This document shows, piece by piece, positions 19,039-30,005 of a stretch of DNA of 64,000 nucleotides. The first letter of the stretch is position 1. Each line of letters begins with the position of its first letter. This stretch comes from Gammaproteobacteria bacterium. GTDB lineage: Bacteria; Pseudomonadota; Gammaproteobacteria; UBA1113. The position numbers were made by a program, and so were the translations under genes. Location of the stretch: assembly GCA_021773295.1 (NCBI GenBank), contig JAJFKI010000097.1, positions 2,508 through 66,507 on the forward strand, given 5' to 3'. The notes beneath the pieces are model-generated. The model was not told the origin of the DNA. It saw only the letters and a program-made list of their open reading frames with translations, and ran no database searches.

Positions 19039-19275
19039 ATGGCCAGAGTTTGTCAGGTAACGGGGCGTGGACCCATGAGTGGAAACAATGTTTCCCACGC
19101 GAATAATAAAACACGTCGTCGTTTTAACATCAATTTACATAGCCGTAAGTTTTGGGTTCCGTCCATGAATCGGTTTATTAAATTAAAAGTCAGCAATAAA
19201 GGTTTGCGTTTGATTGATAAGCTTGGTATCGAACAAGTCTTACAAAAAATGCGTGAACGTGGTGAAAAAGTTTAA
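19039..19275 (+). CDS. rpmB: 50S ribosomal protein L28
   Basis: [29 protein letters not shown]... Confidence 0.95.
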   Translation: MARVCQVTGRGPMSGNNVSHANNKTRRRFNINLHSRKFWVPSMNRFIKLKVSNKGLRLIDKLGIEQVLQKMRERGEKV

Positions 19276-19292
19276 ATCAAAGGTAGAGACTC

Positions 19293-19448
19293 ATGCGAGA
19301 TAAAGTCAAATTAGTTTCCGAAGAAGGCACTGGTTATTATTACACAACCGACAAAAACAAAAAAAACACCCCGGGGAAAATGCGTATGAAAAAATACGAC
19401 CCTGTGTTGCGTAAGCATGTCTGGTTTAAAGAAGATAAAATTAAATAA
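19293..19448 (+). CDS. rpmG: 50S ribosomal protein L33 (51 aa; below the track length cutoff)
   Basis: Translates to [51 protein letters not shown]. Canonical position between rpmB and mutM. Confidence 0.9.
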   Translation: MRDKVKLVSEEGTGYYYTTDKNKKNTPGKMRMKKYDPVLRKHVWFKEDKIK

Positions 19449-19454
19449 TGAAAA

Positions 19455-19477
19455 AGGCTCCTAAAGGAGCCTTTTTT
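19455..19477 (+). terminator. Rho-independent terminator/attenuator after rpmG (AGGCTCC-TAAA-GGAGCCT followed by TTTTTT), 9 bp before the mutM ATG
   Basis: Perfect 7-bp stem plus T-run seen directly. Confidence 0.6.
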
Positions 19478-19485
19478 AATTCCCC

Positions 19486-20307
19486 ATGCCAGAATTACCC
19501 GAAGTTGAAACCACCCGCCGCGGTATCAGACCACACTTAAAAGATCAGTGCGTCAGTAGTGTTGCGATTCATAATAAGCAATTACGCTGGCCTATCCCTA
19601 AAAAATTAAAATCCATGTTGCAAGGTAAGATCGTGCGCGAAGTGTCTCGGCGAGGGAAATATTTACTGCTGTCTTTAGATCATGGTACCGTACTCGTGCA
19701 TTTAGGCATGTCGGGGCATATAAAAATTGTGACGCCAAATGAGCCGGTAAAAAAACATGATCATGTCGTGCTAACTATTAATGAGAATAAAAGCCTTCGC
19801 TACAATGATCCTAGACGTTTTGGCGCTTGGCTGTGGACTGACAAACCCGTAGCAGAGCATCCCTTGCTCGCCAAGCTCGGGCCAGAGCCTCTGACCCATG
19901 CTTTCAATGTTGCCTACTTGCAAAAAACCATTGCGAAACGTAAAGCCCCTGTCAAGCAAGTTATTATGGATAGTAAGGTCGTCGTCGGTGTTGGCAATAT
20001 CTATGCGAATGAAGCATTATTCGAAGCTGGCATTGCGCCGAGAGAGCCGGTACACCTCGTTAGTGAAAAACAATTAACACGCCTGGTAAAAGCCATCAAA
20101 TCAATTTTAAAAACCGCCATCAAACAAGGCGGTACAACGTTAAAAGATTTCACTCAGAGTGATGGTAAACCTGGTTATTTTGCGCAGCAGTTAAAAGTTT
20201 ATGGCCGTAGCGGTTTGCCTTGTGTGAATTGTGAAACGGAGCTCACTGAAATACGCCTAGGGCAGCGCAGCACTGTGTTTTGCCCACAGTGCCAGCAAGG
20301 TATTTAA
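19486..20307 (+). CDS. mutM: Formamidopyrimidine-DNA glycosylase
   Basis: MPELPEVET N-terminus (catalytic Pro2) and a C-terminal CxxC...CxxC zinc finger. Confidence 0.95.
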   Translation: MPELPEVETTRRGIRPHLKDQCVSSVAIHNKQLRWPIPKKLKSMLQGKIVREVSRRGKYLLLSLDHGTVLVHLGMSGHIKIVTPNEPVKKHDHVVLTINENKSLRYNDPRRFGAWLWTDKPVAEHPLLAKLGPEPLTHAFNVAYLQKTIAKRKAPVKQVIMDSKVVVGVGNIYANEALFEAGIAPREPVHLVSEKQLTRLVKAIKSILKTAIKQGGTTLKDFTQSDGKPGYFAQQLKVYGRSGLPCVNCETELTEIRLGQRSTVFCPQCQQGI

Positions 20308-20386
20308 AGTGGTATAGCTACCCCTTTTCCATAAAAGCTACTATAATATCTATTATCAACAAAAAAACCATTTAAAGGCTATTATA

Positions 20387-20689
20387 ATGTCAGTTATATT
20401 AATAACACCACCAGAAATGGCAAAGCAGGTTGCCAAACAAGAACGAACAAAACGCTTGTCATTGAACCTGAGCCAAAAGGGACTATCAGAGCGCTCTGGT
20501 GTTAGCTACGCTGTAATAAAGAAATTCGAACAAACCGGTAAAATCTCTCTCGAATCGCTCTTAAAAATTGCTTTAGTCCTAAATTCATTAAATGAGTTTG
20601 AATGTCTTTTTAACATCATCCCAGCAGAAACTGCAAACTCGCTTGATGAGTTGCTGAGTGACACTAATAGAAAACGGGGGCGCAAATGA
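20387..20689 (+). CDS. hipB: HipB-like HTH antitoxin
   Basis: 100 aa XRE-type HTH (LSQKGLSERSGVSYAVIKKFEQ). 4-bp overlap with hipA. Confidence 0.7.
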   Translation: MSVILITPPEMAKQVAKQERTKRLSLNLSQKGLSERSGVSYAVIKKFEQTGKISLESLLKIALVLNSLNEFECLFNIIPAETANSLDELLSDTNRKRGRK

Positions 20690-21918
20690 GTTTTGAAAAC
20701 GTATCTGTTATCCATGTCTATTACTTACCACGCTCACAGAAAATAAAAGTCGGTCGCTTAGCCATTAAAAATCGCATTATTTATTTTGAATACGAACCAC
20801 AATTTCTCTCATCAGGCTTAGCACTATCACCCTTTAAACTACCCTTGAAACCTGGCGTAATGACCCAAAAAGATCATGTCTTTGATGGACTGTTGGGAGT
20901 TTTTAATGACAGCCTCCCCGACGGCTGGGGCAGATTGCTACTCGATAGAAAACTAATAAGCTTAGGAGTCAATCCAGGAGAATTATCGCCACTCGATAGA
21001 CTGCGTTATGTTGGCCAGTCAGGTATGGGCGCCTTGACTTATGAACCAGAAATTGAAAATATTCCTGCAAATTATCAACAAAGCCTAGATGAAATTGAAG
21101 AAGAAGTGATACAGTTCCAGGAAACTGATGATGATACTTATGTTGATGATTTACTCGCAATGAACGGTTCATCCGCTGGCGCAAGACCTAAAATTCTCGT
21201 GAATATCATTAATGAATCATGGCTCACCACCTCCGAACAGCCCAAAAATAATGACTGGATTATTAAATTTCGTTCATCTCATGATCCTAGAGATAATGGC
21301 CCAATAGAATACGCCTATCACTTAATGGCTAAGGCCGCAGGTCTTGATGTCCCAACTGCGAGACTGTTTCAATCTAAAAGGGAGCCAGGGTATTATGGTG
21401 TAAAACGTTTTGATCGAGATGGGCAGCAGCGCCTACATACACATACTTTATGCGGACTTTTACATACGGATTATAGAATTCCAAGTCTCGACTATGAAAC
21501 AATTTTAAAAGCAACTTGGCTATTAAGCAATGATATCAGGGAGTGTGAAAAACAATATAGGGCAGCCGTATTTAATGTTCTTGCTCATAATCGAGATGAT
21601 CATTCCAAAAACTTTTCTTTTATCATGAGTGAACATGGCACATGGCATGTATCACCTGCTTATGATCTTATCTTTTCCTCAGGACCCGCAGGTGAGCAAA
21701 GCACCATGGTCATGGGAGAAGGCAAGATGCCCGGCACTTCTCATCTATTAAAATTAGCCGCAACGGTTGACATAGCACCTATCAAAGCCAAAACGATTAT
21801 CGACGAAGTCTTTCATGCCATTTCAAACTGGCAAAATTTTGCAAAAGCAACTGGTGTAAACAAAACATCAAGCGCAAGAATTCAGTCTGCACTCAATAAA
21901 ATTGCTAAACATTGTTGA
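20686..21918 (+). CDS. hipA: HipA-family serine/threonine kinase toxin
   Basis: 410 aa with HipA N-domain plus the kinase core (DDHSKNFSF...PAYDLIFS), aligning to E. coli HipA DGHAKNFSV...PFYDIIS. Confidence 0.85.
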   Translation: MSFENVSVIHVYYLPRSQKIKVGRLAIKNRIIYFEYEPQFLSSGLALSPFKLPLKPGVMTQKDHVFDGLLGVFNDSLPDGWGRLLLDRKLISLGVNPGELSPLDRLRYVGQSGMGALTYEPEIENIPANYQQSLDEIEEEVIQFQETDDDTYVDDLLAMNGSSAGARPKILVNIINESWLTTSEQPKNNDWIIKFRSSHDPRDNGPIEYAYHLMAKAAGLDVPTARLFQSKREPGYYGVKRFDRDGQQRLHTHTLCGLLHTDYRIPSLDYETILKATWLLSNDIRECEKQYRAAVFNVLAHNRDDHSKNFSFIMSEHGTWHVSPAYDLIFSSGPAGEQSTMVMGEGKMPGTSHLLKLAATVDIAPIKAKTIIDEVFHAISNWQNFAKATGVNKTSSARIQSALNKIAKHC

Positions 21919-21998
21919 TGTGAGCTTTTCACACCCATTCTACTTGGAAATGCGGAGATTTTAGGCGAATTGCAATTTCGCACCATTGCTGTTATATC

Positions 21999-22161
21999 TA
22001 TACCCATCACAGATGAAAATGCGAGATTAATGCTATTGCTTTTTGCCCCCTTTGAACGTTCGAAATTTGCCAATAGACCGGCTATTACCTGCATTTCGAA
22101 CGCTCAAAGGGAACAAAAATCAAATCGCCTTAATTCCGCATTTTCATCTGTAATGGGTATA
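21999..22161. repeat. ~160-bp imperfect palindrome (hairpin-forming). Outer arms TATACCCATCACAGATGAAAATGCG / CGCATTTTCATCTGTAATGGGTATA; inner arms CCCTTTGAACGTTCGAAAT / ATTTCGAACGCTCAAAGGG
   Basis: Seen directly. It generates the mirror-image pseudo-ORFs 21882..22094(-) and the N-terminus of 21970..(+) (FERSK...NSAFSSVMGI in both). Confidence 0.6.
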
Positions 22162-22197
22162 TCACTTCTGATTTCATACACAACAAGGATGTTAGCG

Positions 22198-22971
22198 ATG
22201 AAAAAATGGATAATCCTCTTTTTACTCCTGCCTATGATAGCTTTGGCCAGCAACCATAGCAAACCACAGTGGACTTACAATGGTAGCGATGGGCCTTCCC
22301 ATTGGGGGCAATTAACACCCGCTTACAAAACCTGTGGTCTTGGTAAGTACCAATCACCAGTTAATATCAGAACCAGTGACATTATGAGTAGTAAGGGTAA
22401 ATTAGTAGTTCACTACTCTCCTGAGCGAGCACAATTACAGCGAGGACATAATAACATCAAGCTGTCTTTCATGAACCAAGATAAAAAGAATTACATCAAC
22501 TTTCATAATAAAAAATACTATTTGAAAAACTTACATTTCCATACGCCTTCAGAACATATGATTGACAGGAAAGCCTTCCCCATGGTGGCGCATTTAGTGA
22601 ATAAAAGCCAATCCGGTGAATTGTTAGTGCTTGCGGTATTATTTCAATATAGCGACTTGCCTAATAAGTTTTTCCAAGAATTATTATCCTTACGTCTGCC
22701 ACAACAAGTGATGGTTAAACAATTGGGCGATCTATTAATAAATCCAAACCGGCTAATTCCCAAAGATAAAGCCTTTTATACCTATTCTGGTTCACTCACC
22801 ACCCCACCTTGTAGTGAAAATGTGACTTGGGTTGTGATGAAGCAACCTGTGTCTGTGACGCCGGCACAAGTTAAAGCGTTTCAGCAGCGAGTGATCGCAA
22901 GCAATGCACGACCGGTGCAGCCTTTGAATGGTCGCAAAGTAGCGCAAGTTGGGTCTAGCACGGCTGGGTGA
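22198..22971 (+). CDS. Alpha-class carbonic anhydrase, periplasmic, with signal peptide. Start trimmed to MKKWIILFLLLPMIALA
   Basis: HWGQL...QSPVNI; HFHTPSEH zinc His pair and a third His in AHLV; SGSLTTPPCSE...VTW alpha-CA signature. Confidence 0.85.
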   Translation: MKKWIILFLLLPMIALASNHSKPQWTYNGSDGPSHWGQLTPAYKTCGLGKYQSPVNIRTSDIMSSKGKLVVHYSPERAQLQRGHNNIKLSFMNQDKKNYINFHNKKYYLKNLHFHTPSEHMIDRKAFPMVAHLVNKSQSGELLVLAVLFQYSDLPNKFFQELLSLRLPQQVMVKQLGDLLINPNRLIPKDKAFYTYSGSLTTPPCSENVTWVVMKQPVSVTPAQVKAFQQRVIASNARPVQPLNGRKVAQVGSSTAG

Positions 22972-22975
22972 TTAT

Positions 22976-24661
22976 TTACTCATTGAGCACTTGCGCAGAA
23001 CCGTTGCCTCTTGGATCGGAGGCAGCGTAGACTTTATTGTTTTTCTTATCCCAGAGAATAGCTTGCATGTTGCCGTAAGGGTTGTCCACCATTCGCATTT
23101 TATGACCCTTTTGCTGTAATGCTTGTACTTGATCGTTGTTGAAAGCATCTTTTTCATATTGAATTTCATCGGGCATAAACTGATGGTGAAAGCGTGGTAA
23201 AGTTACCCATGACAACGGGCGATTGCCATCCATGAAATCAATGATGGCGAGTAATACCATGCTAATAATGCGACTGCCACCGGGTGTGCCAAGGATGGCG
23301 ACTTTATCCTTTGTCTCAACAAAGGTGGGTGACATGCTGGATAATGGCCGTTTGCCAGGGGCAACCATGTTAGATTGATGGCCCACTAAGCCGTAAAGAT
23401 TTTCGCCACCTAAGTTAATGGAAAAATCATCCATTTGATCATTCAAAAGCACGCCGGTGCCTTGCGGCACAAAACCAGATCCAAATGAATAATTCAAACT
23501 CAAGGTCGCAGCCACGCGATTACCTTCTTTATCTAGAATAGAAAAGTGCGTAGTATGAGTTCCTTCTCCGACATGACCCTCCCCTAAACTGACACTTGCT
23601 GTCGCTTTCTCTTTCGAGAGTGTTTTACTAGCTTCTCGGGCATGGGCATCTGAGGTTAATTGTTCCGTTGGAATATTGGTATAATTCGGATCACCTAAAT
23701 GTTGACTTCTATCATAAAATGCACGCCGCATGGCTTCTGTTAAGATATGCGCCCGGTTGACTTTCTTTTCGGTTAAGAAGTCATAGCCCGATGCAATGTT
23801 TAACATGGTAATGAGAGCAATACCACCGGCTGATGGTGGCGGTGCGACGATTAGTTTTGCATTATGATAAACACGGATCAAAGGTTTACGCACAATGACT
23901 TTATAATTTTTTAAATCTTTTAATTGCCAAATACCACCAGCTTCTTTAACGCCCGTTACCATTTTCTTGGCGATAGGCCCATGATAAAAACCTGCATTAC
24001 CTTCTTTGACAATTAAACTTAGCACCTTCGCTAACTCAGGCTGCTTAATCACATAACCAACTGCTGGCACTAAGCCATCATGTAAAAAAAGTTGCGCCGC
24101 CGCGGGCGATGCCAGTAATGCGGCCAAACGCCTCTGAGCTGCTTCTTGATATAATTTATCAACGTTAAAACCCTTATTCGCAATATCAATAGCTGGCTGT
24201 AAGGTTTTTTCTAAGGAGAGCTTACCGTAGTTTTTTTCTAAATACACCATGCCTGCCACTTCACCTGGAATCGCTGCGGCTAAAGGGCCATTTAAGGTAG
24301 CACCATCAATGGGATTCCCTCTGCTATCAAGGTATAAATTAGCAGCTGCAGTTGCAGGTGCAACTTCACGAGCATCGATAAAACTATAGGTCTTATCCTT
24401 AGCACGGTAAAGCAATAAAAACCCGCCACCGCCTAAGCCGGAATTATAAGGCTCTGCAACTGCGAGCACCGTGGCCACAGTAACCGCTGCGTCGAAGGCA
24501 TTACCCCCTTCTTTTATAATTTTTAAACCTGCCTCGGTTGCCAGTTTAGAAGCTGATGCAATAGCAGCGTCCGATGGTGCTATGTTCTTCGTTGAAACGA
24601 CGTCAGGCGCAGCGATAACATTCGCTGTTATTAAGCACAACATCAAAATTAGTTTTTTCAC
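22976..24661 (-). CDS. ggt: Gamma-glutamyltranspeptidase with signal peptide. GTG start at 24659-24661 with an AAGGAG SD; the track ORF extends further
   Basis: GGGGF, the TTHFSILD catalytic Thr, and GTPGGSRIIS motifs. Confidence 0.9.
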   Translation of the reverse strand: MKKLILMLCLITANVIAAPDVVSTKNIAPSDAAIASASKLATEAGLKIIKEGGNAFDAAVTVATVLAVAEPYNSGLGGGGFLLLYRAKDKTYSFIDAREVAPATAAANLYLDSRGNPIDGATLNGPLAAAIPGEVAGMVYLEKNYGKLSLEKTLQPAIDIANKGFNVDKLYQEAAQRRLAALLASPAAAQLFLHDGLVPAVGYVIKQPELAKVLSLIVKEGNAGFYHGPIAKKMVTGVKEAGGIWQLKDLKNYKVIVRKPLIRVYHNAKLIVAPPPSAGGIALITMLNIASGYDFLTEKKVNRAHILTEAMRRAFYDRSQHLGDPNYTNIPTEQLTSDAHAREASKTLSKEKATASVSLGEGHVGEGTHTTHFSILDKEGNRVAATLSLNYSFGSGFVPQGTGVLLNDQMDDFSINLGGENLYGLVGHQSNMVAPGKRPLSSMSPTFVETKDKVAILGTPGGSRIISMVLLAIIDFMDGNRPLSWVTLPRFHHQFMPDEIQYEKDAFNNDQVQALQQKGHKMRMVDNPYGNMQAILWDKKNNKVYAASDPRGNGSAQVLNE

Positions 24662-24687
24662 TGATAGACTCCTTGTCTTTGCTCCAT

Positions 24688-25435
<748 letters not shown>

Positions 25436-25470
25436 TAAAGTTCCTATCGGTTTGCTAAGAATGCCTAATT

Positions 25471-26973
25471 TTAGCAAGAAAACTGTCCCGATAACACCAT
25501 TTGTTGCACAGCTGCTATATCGGGTGCAAGGTAGCGATCGTGCTCATAATGAGGCACGGCCTGACGAATCGTGGTCACTGCCCCCTCCAAAGGGATTGAA
25601 GTGGTCAGAGGTCGTCTGAAGTCAATGCCTTGAGCGGCTGCTAATAATTCGATGGCGATGACATTGGCCGTATTATCCACCATGGTTAGTAGACGCCTGG
25701 CGCCATGAGTCGCCATGCTGACGTGATCTTCTTGATTAGCTGAGGTGGGAATACTATCCACACTGGCGGGATGAGATAATTGCTTATTTTCACTCACTAA
25801 GGCAGCAGCCGTTACTTGGGCCACCATAAACCCTGAATTTAGTCCGGCATCATCCACTAAAAAAGCAGGCAATAAACTGAAATGTTTATCCATTAATAAT
25901 TCGATACGCCGTTCTGCTAGTGAGCCTATTTCACTGATGGCACAAGCCAGAGCATCTGCCACAAAGGCGACGGGTTCAGCGTGAAAATTTCCACCTGATA
26001 TCACCTCAGAATTTTTGAGAATAATAGGGTTATCGGATACGGCATTAGCTTCTCGCAACAAAATCATTTCAGCATAGTGCATTTGATCCAAGCATGCGCC
26101 CATCACTTGCGGCTGGCATCTGATGGAATACGGATCTTGTACTCTGGAACAATTGTGATGAGAAGCATTAATATTACTGTCTTGTAATAAATGTCTATAA
26201 TTTTCTGCAACCTCTATTTGCCCCTGTTGTCCTCTTAATGCTTGCAGTTTTTCATGAAAGGGAATATGGCTACTTAAGGTAGCCTCTGTGGTTAAACAAC
26301 CACTGATGATGGCAGCTTTGAATACGCGCTCTGTTTTTAAAAGAGCCTCCCAAGCTAATGCCGTTGAAACCTGTGTACCATTTACCAATGCCAAACCTTC
26401 TTTAGGACCAAGAATTAAAGGCTTTAACTTTATTTTTTTAAGCCCTTTGAGTGCCGGAATTATTTTCCCGCGATACAATACTTCACCTTCACCTAATAAG
26501 CAGCACGCAATATGCGCTAAAGGCGCCAAATCACCTGAAGCACCCACTGAGCCTTTGGCAGGAACACAGGGCAAGACGTCATTATTATAAAGTGCAAACA
26601 GGGCTTTTAGCGTTTGAGTGGAAATGCCAGAATAAGCTCTGGCTAAGCTATTTATTTTAAAAGCGAGAATTAACCGTACCGTGCTTGCAGATAAATATTC
26701 TCCAACACCTGCCGCGTGAGATAACACTAAACGTTTTTGTAATTCTTCTAAATTATCTAACCCTATTTTTTTATCCGCTAAATATCCAAAGCCTGTATTG
26801 ATGCCATAGACACTCTCTTTTTTCGATACGATATCCTGCACTCGTTGTGCTGACTTTTCTACTTGCTGCCAATACGCATCATCGATTGCGAGTGATGTTT
26901 TACTATAGTAAAGGCGTTCAATATCCTTTTTTTCTAATTTCCCTGGTTGTAGTAATACCGCATCTTCTGGCAT
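25471..26973 (-). CDS. hutH: Histidine ammonia-lyase family (MIO-dependent) enzyme
   Basis: GSVGASGDLAPLAH MIO-forming motif; 500 aa. No hutU or hutI in the window. Confidence 0.8.
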   Translation of the reverse strand: MPEDAVLLQPGKLEKKDIERLYYSKTSLAIDDAYWQQVEKSAQRVQDIVSKKESVYGINTGFGYLADKKIGLDNLEELQKRLVLSHAAGVGEYLSASTVRLILAFKINSLARAYSGISTQTLKALFALYNNDVLPCVPAKGSVGASGDLAPLAHIACCLLGEGEVLYRGKIIPALKGLKKIKLKPLILGPKEGLALVNGTQVSTALAWEALLKTERVFKAAIISGCLTTEATLSSHIPFHEKLQALRGQQGQIEVAENYRHLLQDSNINASHHNCSRVQDPYSIRCQPQVMGACLDQMHYAEMILLREANAVSDNPIILKNSEVISGGNFHAEPVAFVADALACAISEIGSLAERRIELLMDKHFSLLPAFLVDDAGLNSGFMVAQVTAAALVSENKQLSHPASVDSIPTSANQEDHVSMATHGARRLLTMVDNTANVIAIELLAAAQGIDFRRPLTTSIPLEGAVTTIRQAVPHYEHDRYLAPDIAAVQQMVLSGQFSC

Positions 26974-27062
26974 ATCATTTCCTTAAGAGAAGATTAACTC
27001 CAAGCACGCTTTCCCAGCAGCCGCTATAATTCTTGGTAACAACATTGATAATGGGGTGCTCT

Positions 27063-27440
27063 ATGAAAATCATGATTCCTCTCACTGCTTTGTTATTACT
27101 GCTTATCTCTTCTATCAGTTTAGCAGCTGATGGGAAAAAGCCATTAGTTAGTGAGAGTTCCGTCGCAAAAAAAGATTCGAGCTTTGATAATGCAAAAATG
27201 CCTGGAAACTTTGAAATCTTTATGAAAGACATCAAATTTAAGAATCCCACGGGACTTTGGCACTTGGCGAATTCGCCGATTCCAACACCAGTGCCACAAC
27301 AACAAATGGAAAAGACAATATACCATCCTGATCATGGCCAACCCGATTACCGTGGACATCATTACGTACCACGTTCAGGTTATGAATCATTGACGCCAGA
27401 ACAACGTCGACAAATTATGCAAAAACCGAGTGGATGGTAA
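27063..27440 (+). CDS. Small secreted hypothetical protein with signal peptide (MKIMIPLTALLLLLISSISLAADG)
   Basis: ORF plus signal peptide only. Confidence 0.4.
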   Translation: MKIMIPLTALLLLLISSISLAADGKKPLVSESSVAKKDSSFDNAKMPGNFEIFMKDIKFKNPTGLWHLANSPIPTPVPQQQMEKTIYHPDHGQPDYRGHHYVPRSGYESLTPEQRRQIMQKPSGW

Positions 27441-27503
27441 AAAGCAGCCGCATTAATTTCGCATTTTGGAGTACGATGAGCATATGACACTACGTCAATA
27501 ATT

Positions 27504-28577
27504 TTAAGCTTTAACTTTCGTCGCTCGCGCCGTCACTTGGCACAATAATTCATACGCTATGGTATTGGCACTACGGGCGATGTGTTCGATGGGTAAACCC
27601 TTTCCCCAGAGGATAACTTCATCACCTACTGCTGCATGGCTTTGTTGGCTTAAGTCGATGGTTAACATATCCATAGAAACTCGACCGAGAATGCTGGCTT
27701 GTTGTTGATTGACGAGTACCGGTGTACCGGCAGCTATGTGACGCGGATAACCATCACCATAACCCATAGCAACGACGCCAACGATCATGTCTTTAGGACA
27801 GGTCCAAGTGGAACCATAACCGATAGCGTCACCTTGGTGCAATTGACGTATGGCAATAATGGAAGATTGCAATGTCATTACTGGTTTTAAATTATAATCC
27901 AAGCCTGTTTCTTCTGCGAAAGGTGATACGCCATATAGCATGATCCCAGGGCGTACCCAATCTTCATGACTATCTGGCCAGGCTAAAATTGCGGCTGAGT
28001 TGGCTAAACTTTTTGGGCCTTCTAATGGCTGCACACATTCTGCAAAACTAAGTATTTGATTGTCTGTGTATGGGCTGTTGCGATCATCGGCTTTGGCAAA
28101 ATGGCTCATTAAGCCGATGGGATTTTTTACATTTCCTGAGGCTTTTAAGACTTGTACAAAATCATTAACTTCTTCCGGCATCACGCCTAAACGATGCATG
28201 CCGGTGTCTATTTTCAGCCAAACTGATAGTTTATTTTCTAACGTTTCATGTTGAATCATTTGCAAACGCTCGGCGTTATGCACCACAATCGCAAACTCAT
28301 GCTGGGAGGCTACCATTAATTCTTCTGCGGTGGTAATGCCACCCATAATCACAATTTGGCTCGTCACACCATATTTTTTTAAGCGTAATGCTTCTTCCAA
28401 ACGTGCCACACCTAAGGCATCGGCTTCATCTAAAACGCCTGTTAAATGTCTAAAGCCATGACCATAGGCATCGGCCTTTACCATGGCTAATACGTTACTC
28501 TTAGGCGCTGCCTTTCGTACTTGCAAGAGATTGTGTTTAAAGGCATTGCTATCGATGACAGCAGTTACATAAGTCAT
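27504..28577 (-). CDS. alr: Alanine racemase
   Basis: AMVKADAYGHG PLP-Lys motif; 357 aa. Adjacent to dnaB as in E. coli. Confidence 0.9.
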   Translation of the reverse strand: MTYVTAVIDSNAFKHNLLQVRKAAPKSNVLAMVKADAYGHGFRHLTGVLDEADALGVARLEEALRLKKYGVTSQIVIMGGITTAEELMVASQHEFAIVVHNAERLQMIQHETLENKLSVWLKIDTGMHRLGVMPEEVNDFVQVLKASGNVKNPIGLMSHFAKADDRNSPYTDNQILSFAECVQPLEGPKSLANSAAILAWPDSHEDWVRPGIMLYGVSPFAEETGLDYNLKPVMTLQSSIIAIRQLHQGDAIGYGSTWTCPKDMIVGVVAMGYGDGYPRHIAAGTPVLVNQQQASILGRVSMDMLTIDLSQQSHAAVGDEVILWGKGLPIEHIARSANTIAYELLCQVTARATKVKA

Positions 28578-29971
28578 TACTCTAAGACACCTGCATATTG
28601 ATGATTCGGTGCTAAATTTTCAAAACGTGTATATTGTCCTAAGAAGGCTAAGCGCACTTTACCAATGGGGCCGTTTCTTTGTTTTGCGACAATGATTTCT
28701 GAAATGCCTTTATCGCGGGTATCAGGGTGATATACCTCATCACGATAAATAAAAGCAATCAAATCTGCATCTTGCTCAATCGCACCGGACTCGCGTAAAT
28801 CTGACATCATAGGGCGCCTATCGGCTCGTTGTTCCAAACTACGATTTAACTGTGATAAAGCAACCACTGGCACTTTTAATTCTTTAGCCAAGGCTTTTAA
28901 AGAGCGTGAGATTTCTGAAATTTCCGTCGCTCTGTTTTCTGAGGCACCTTGAATTTGCATCAGCTGCAAATAGTCAATCACAATTAAACCCAAATCACCT
29001 TGGTCCCTGACTAAACGTCTTGCTCTCGATCGAATTTCGGTAGGACTCAAACCCGGCGTGTCATCGATAAACATTTTTGCTTGACTCAAGATACTAACGG
29101 CGGAACCAATACGACTCCAGTCTTCATCTTGCAAACTACCCGTACGTACGCGGTGTTGTTCAATGCGGCCTAATGAAGATAGCATTCTCATGGCTAATGA
29201 ATCCCCAGGCATCTCCATACTAAACACTAACACTGGCTTATCACCTTTAATGGCTGCATGCTCGACAATATTCATCGCAAGCGCTGTTTTACCCATAGAA
29301 GGCCGCCCTGCTATGATGATTAAGTCGGAAGGTTGCAAGCCTGACGTGAGTTGGTCGAAGTCAGAATACCCCGTCGACAAACCTGTGATAGCCGCTTTAG
29401 TATGAAATAAATGATCGATGCGCTCCATCGCTTGCGCCACCAGTGACTTCACTTCTTGTGGACCTTTACCGCGAACGGATTGATCAGCAATTTCAAATAC
29501 TTTACGTTCGGCTTGATCGAGTAGGGCCGTCGATGCCAAACCTTCGGTATGATAAGCAGAGTCAGCAATCTCAGCCGCCACGCTAATCATTTGTCGTAAG
29601 ACGGAACGTTCCCTAACGATATCAGCATAGGCTTTAATATTAGAAGCACTGGGCGTATTGCGTGATAGTTCAAATAAATAAACTTCACCCCCAATGTTTT
29701 CTAACTCTCCTAAGTTTTTTAAACTTTCCGACAAGGTGACAACATCGAAGGGATGATTCTTTTCAACAAGGCTAGCCATAGCTTGAAAAATCAGGCGGTG
29801 TTCATAACGGTAAAAATCACTCTCTAATAAGCGCTCTACCACATGGTCCCAAGCATCATTATCCAGCATCAAGCCACCGATGACCGATTGCTCCGCCTCG
29901 ATGGAATGGGGGGGCACTTTCAGCGCCTCTAATTCTTTATCAGATTTTTTAAATTTTTGTTTTGTGTCCAT
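28577..29971 (-). CDS. dnaB: Replicative DNA helicase DnaB (no intein)
   Basis: GRPSMGKTA Walker A, DYLQLM, and QLNRSLEQR arginine finger; 464 aa. Confidence 0.95.
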   Translation of the reverse strand: MDTKQKFKKSDKELEALKVPPHSIEAEQSVIGGLMLDNDAWDHVVERLLESDFYRYEHRLIFQAMASLVEKNHPFDVVTLSESLKNLGELENIGGEVYLFELSRNTPSASNIKAYADIVRERSVLRQMISVAAEIADSAYHTEGLASTALLDQAERKVFEIADQSVRGKGPQEVKSLVAQAMERIDHLFHTKAAITGLSTGYSDFDQLTSGLQPSDLIIIAGRPSMGKTALAMNIVEHAAIKGDKPVLVFSMEMPGDSLAMRMLSSLGRIEQHRVRTGSLQDEDWSRIGSAVSILSQAKMFIDDTPGLSPTEIRSRARRLVRDQGDLGLIVIDYLQLMQIQGASENRATEISEISRSLKALAKELKVPVVALSQLNRSLEQRADRRPMMSDLRESGAIEQDADLIAFIYRDEVYHPDTRDKGISEIIVAKQRNGPIGKVRLAFLGQYTRFENLAPNHQYAGVLE

Positions 29972-30005
29972 GTGTCATCTTTTGATTAATGGAGGATGGG
30001 GTATT

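Noticed and set aside
21882-22197. ORF 21882..22094(-) and the first 76 codons of ORF 21970..22971(+)
   Set aside because: They are mirror-image products of the 160-bp palindrome. The real carbonic anhydrase starts at the signal-peptide Met (22198), which has a properly spaced SD.
28577-29971. Assignment to Coxiella burnetii
   Set aside because: The ANK proteins, the GC content and the hfq/hflX neighbourhood suggested it. But I recall that C. burnetii DnaB carries an intein, whereas this dnaB is a compact 464 aa. I also saw no IS1111. The lineage is left as unresolved Legionellales-like.
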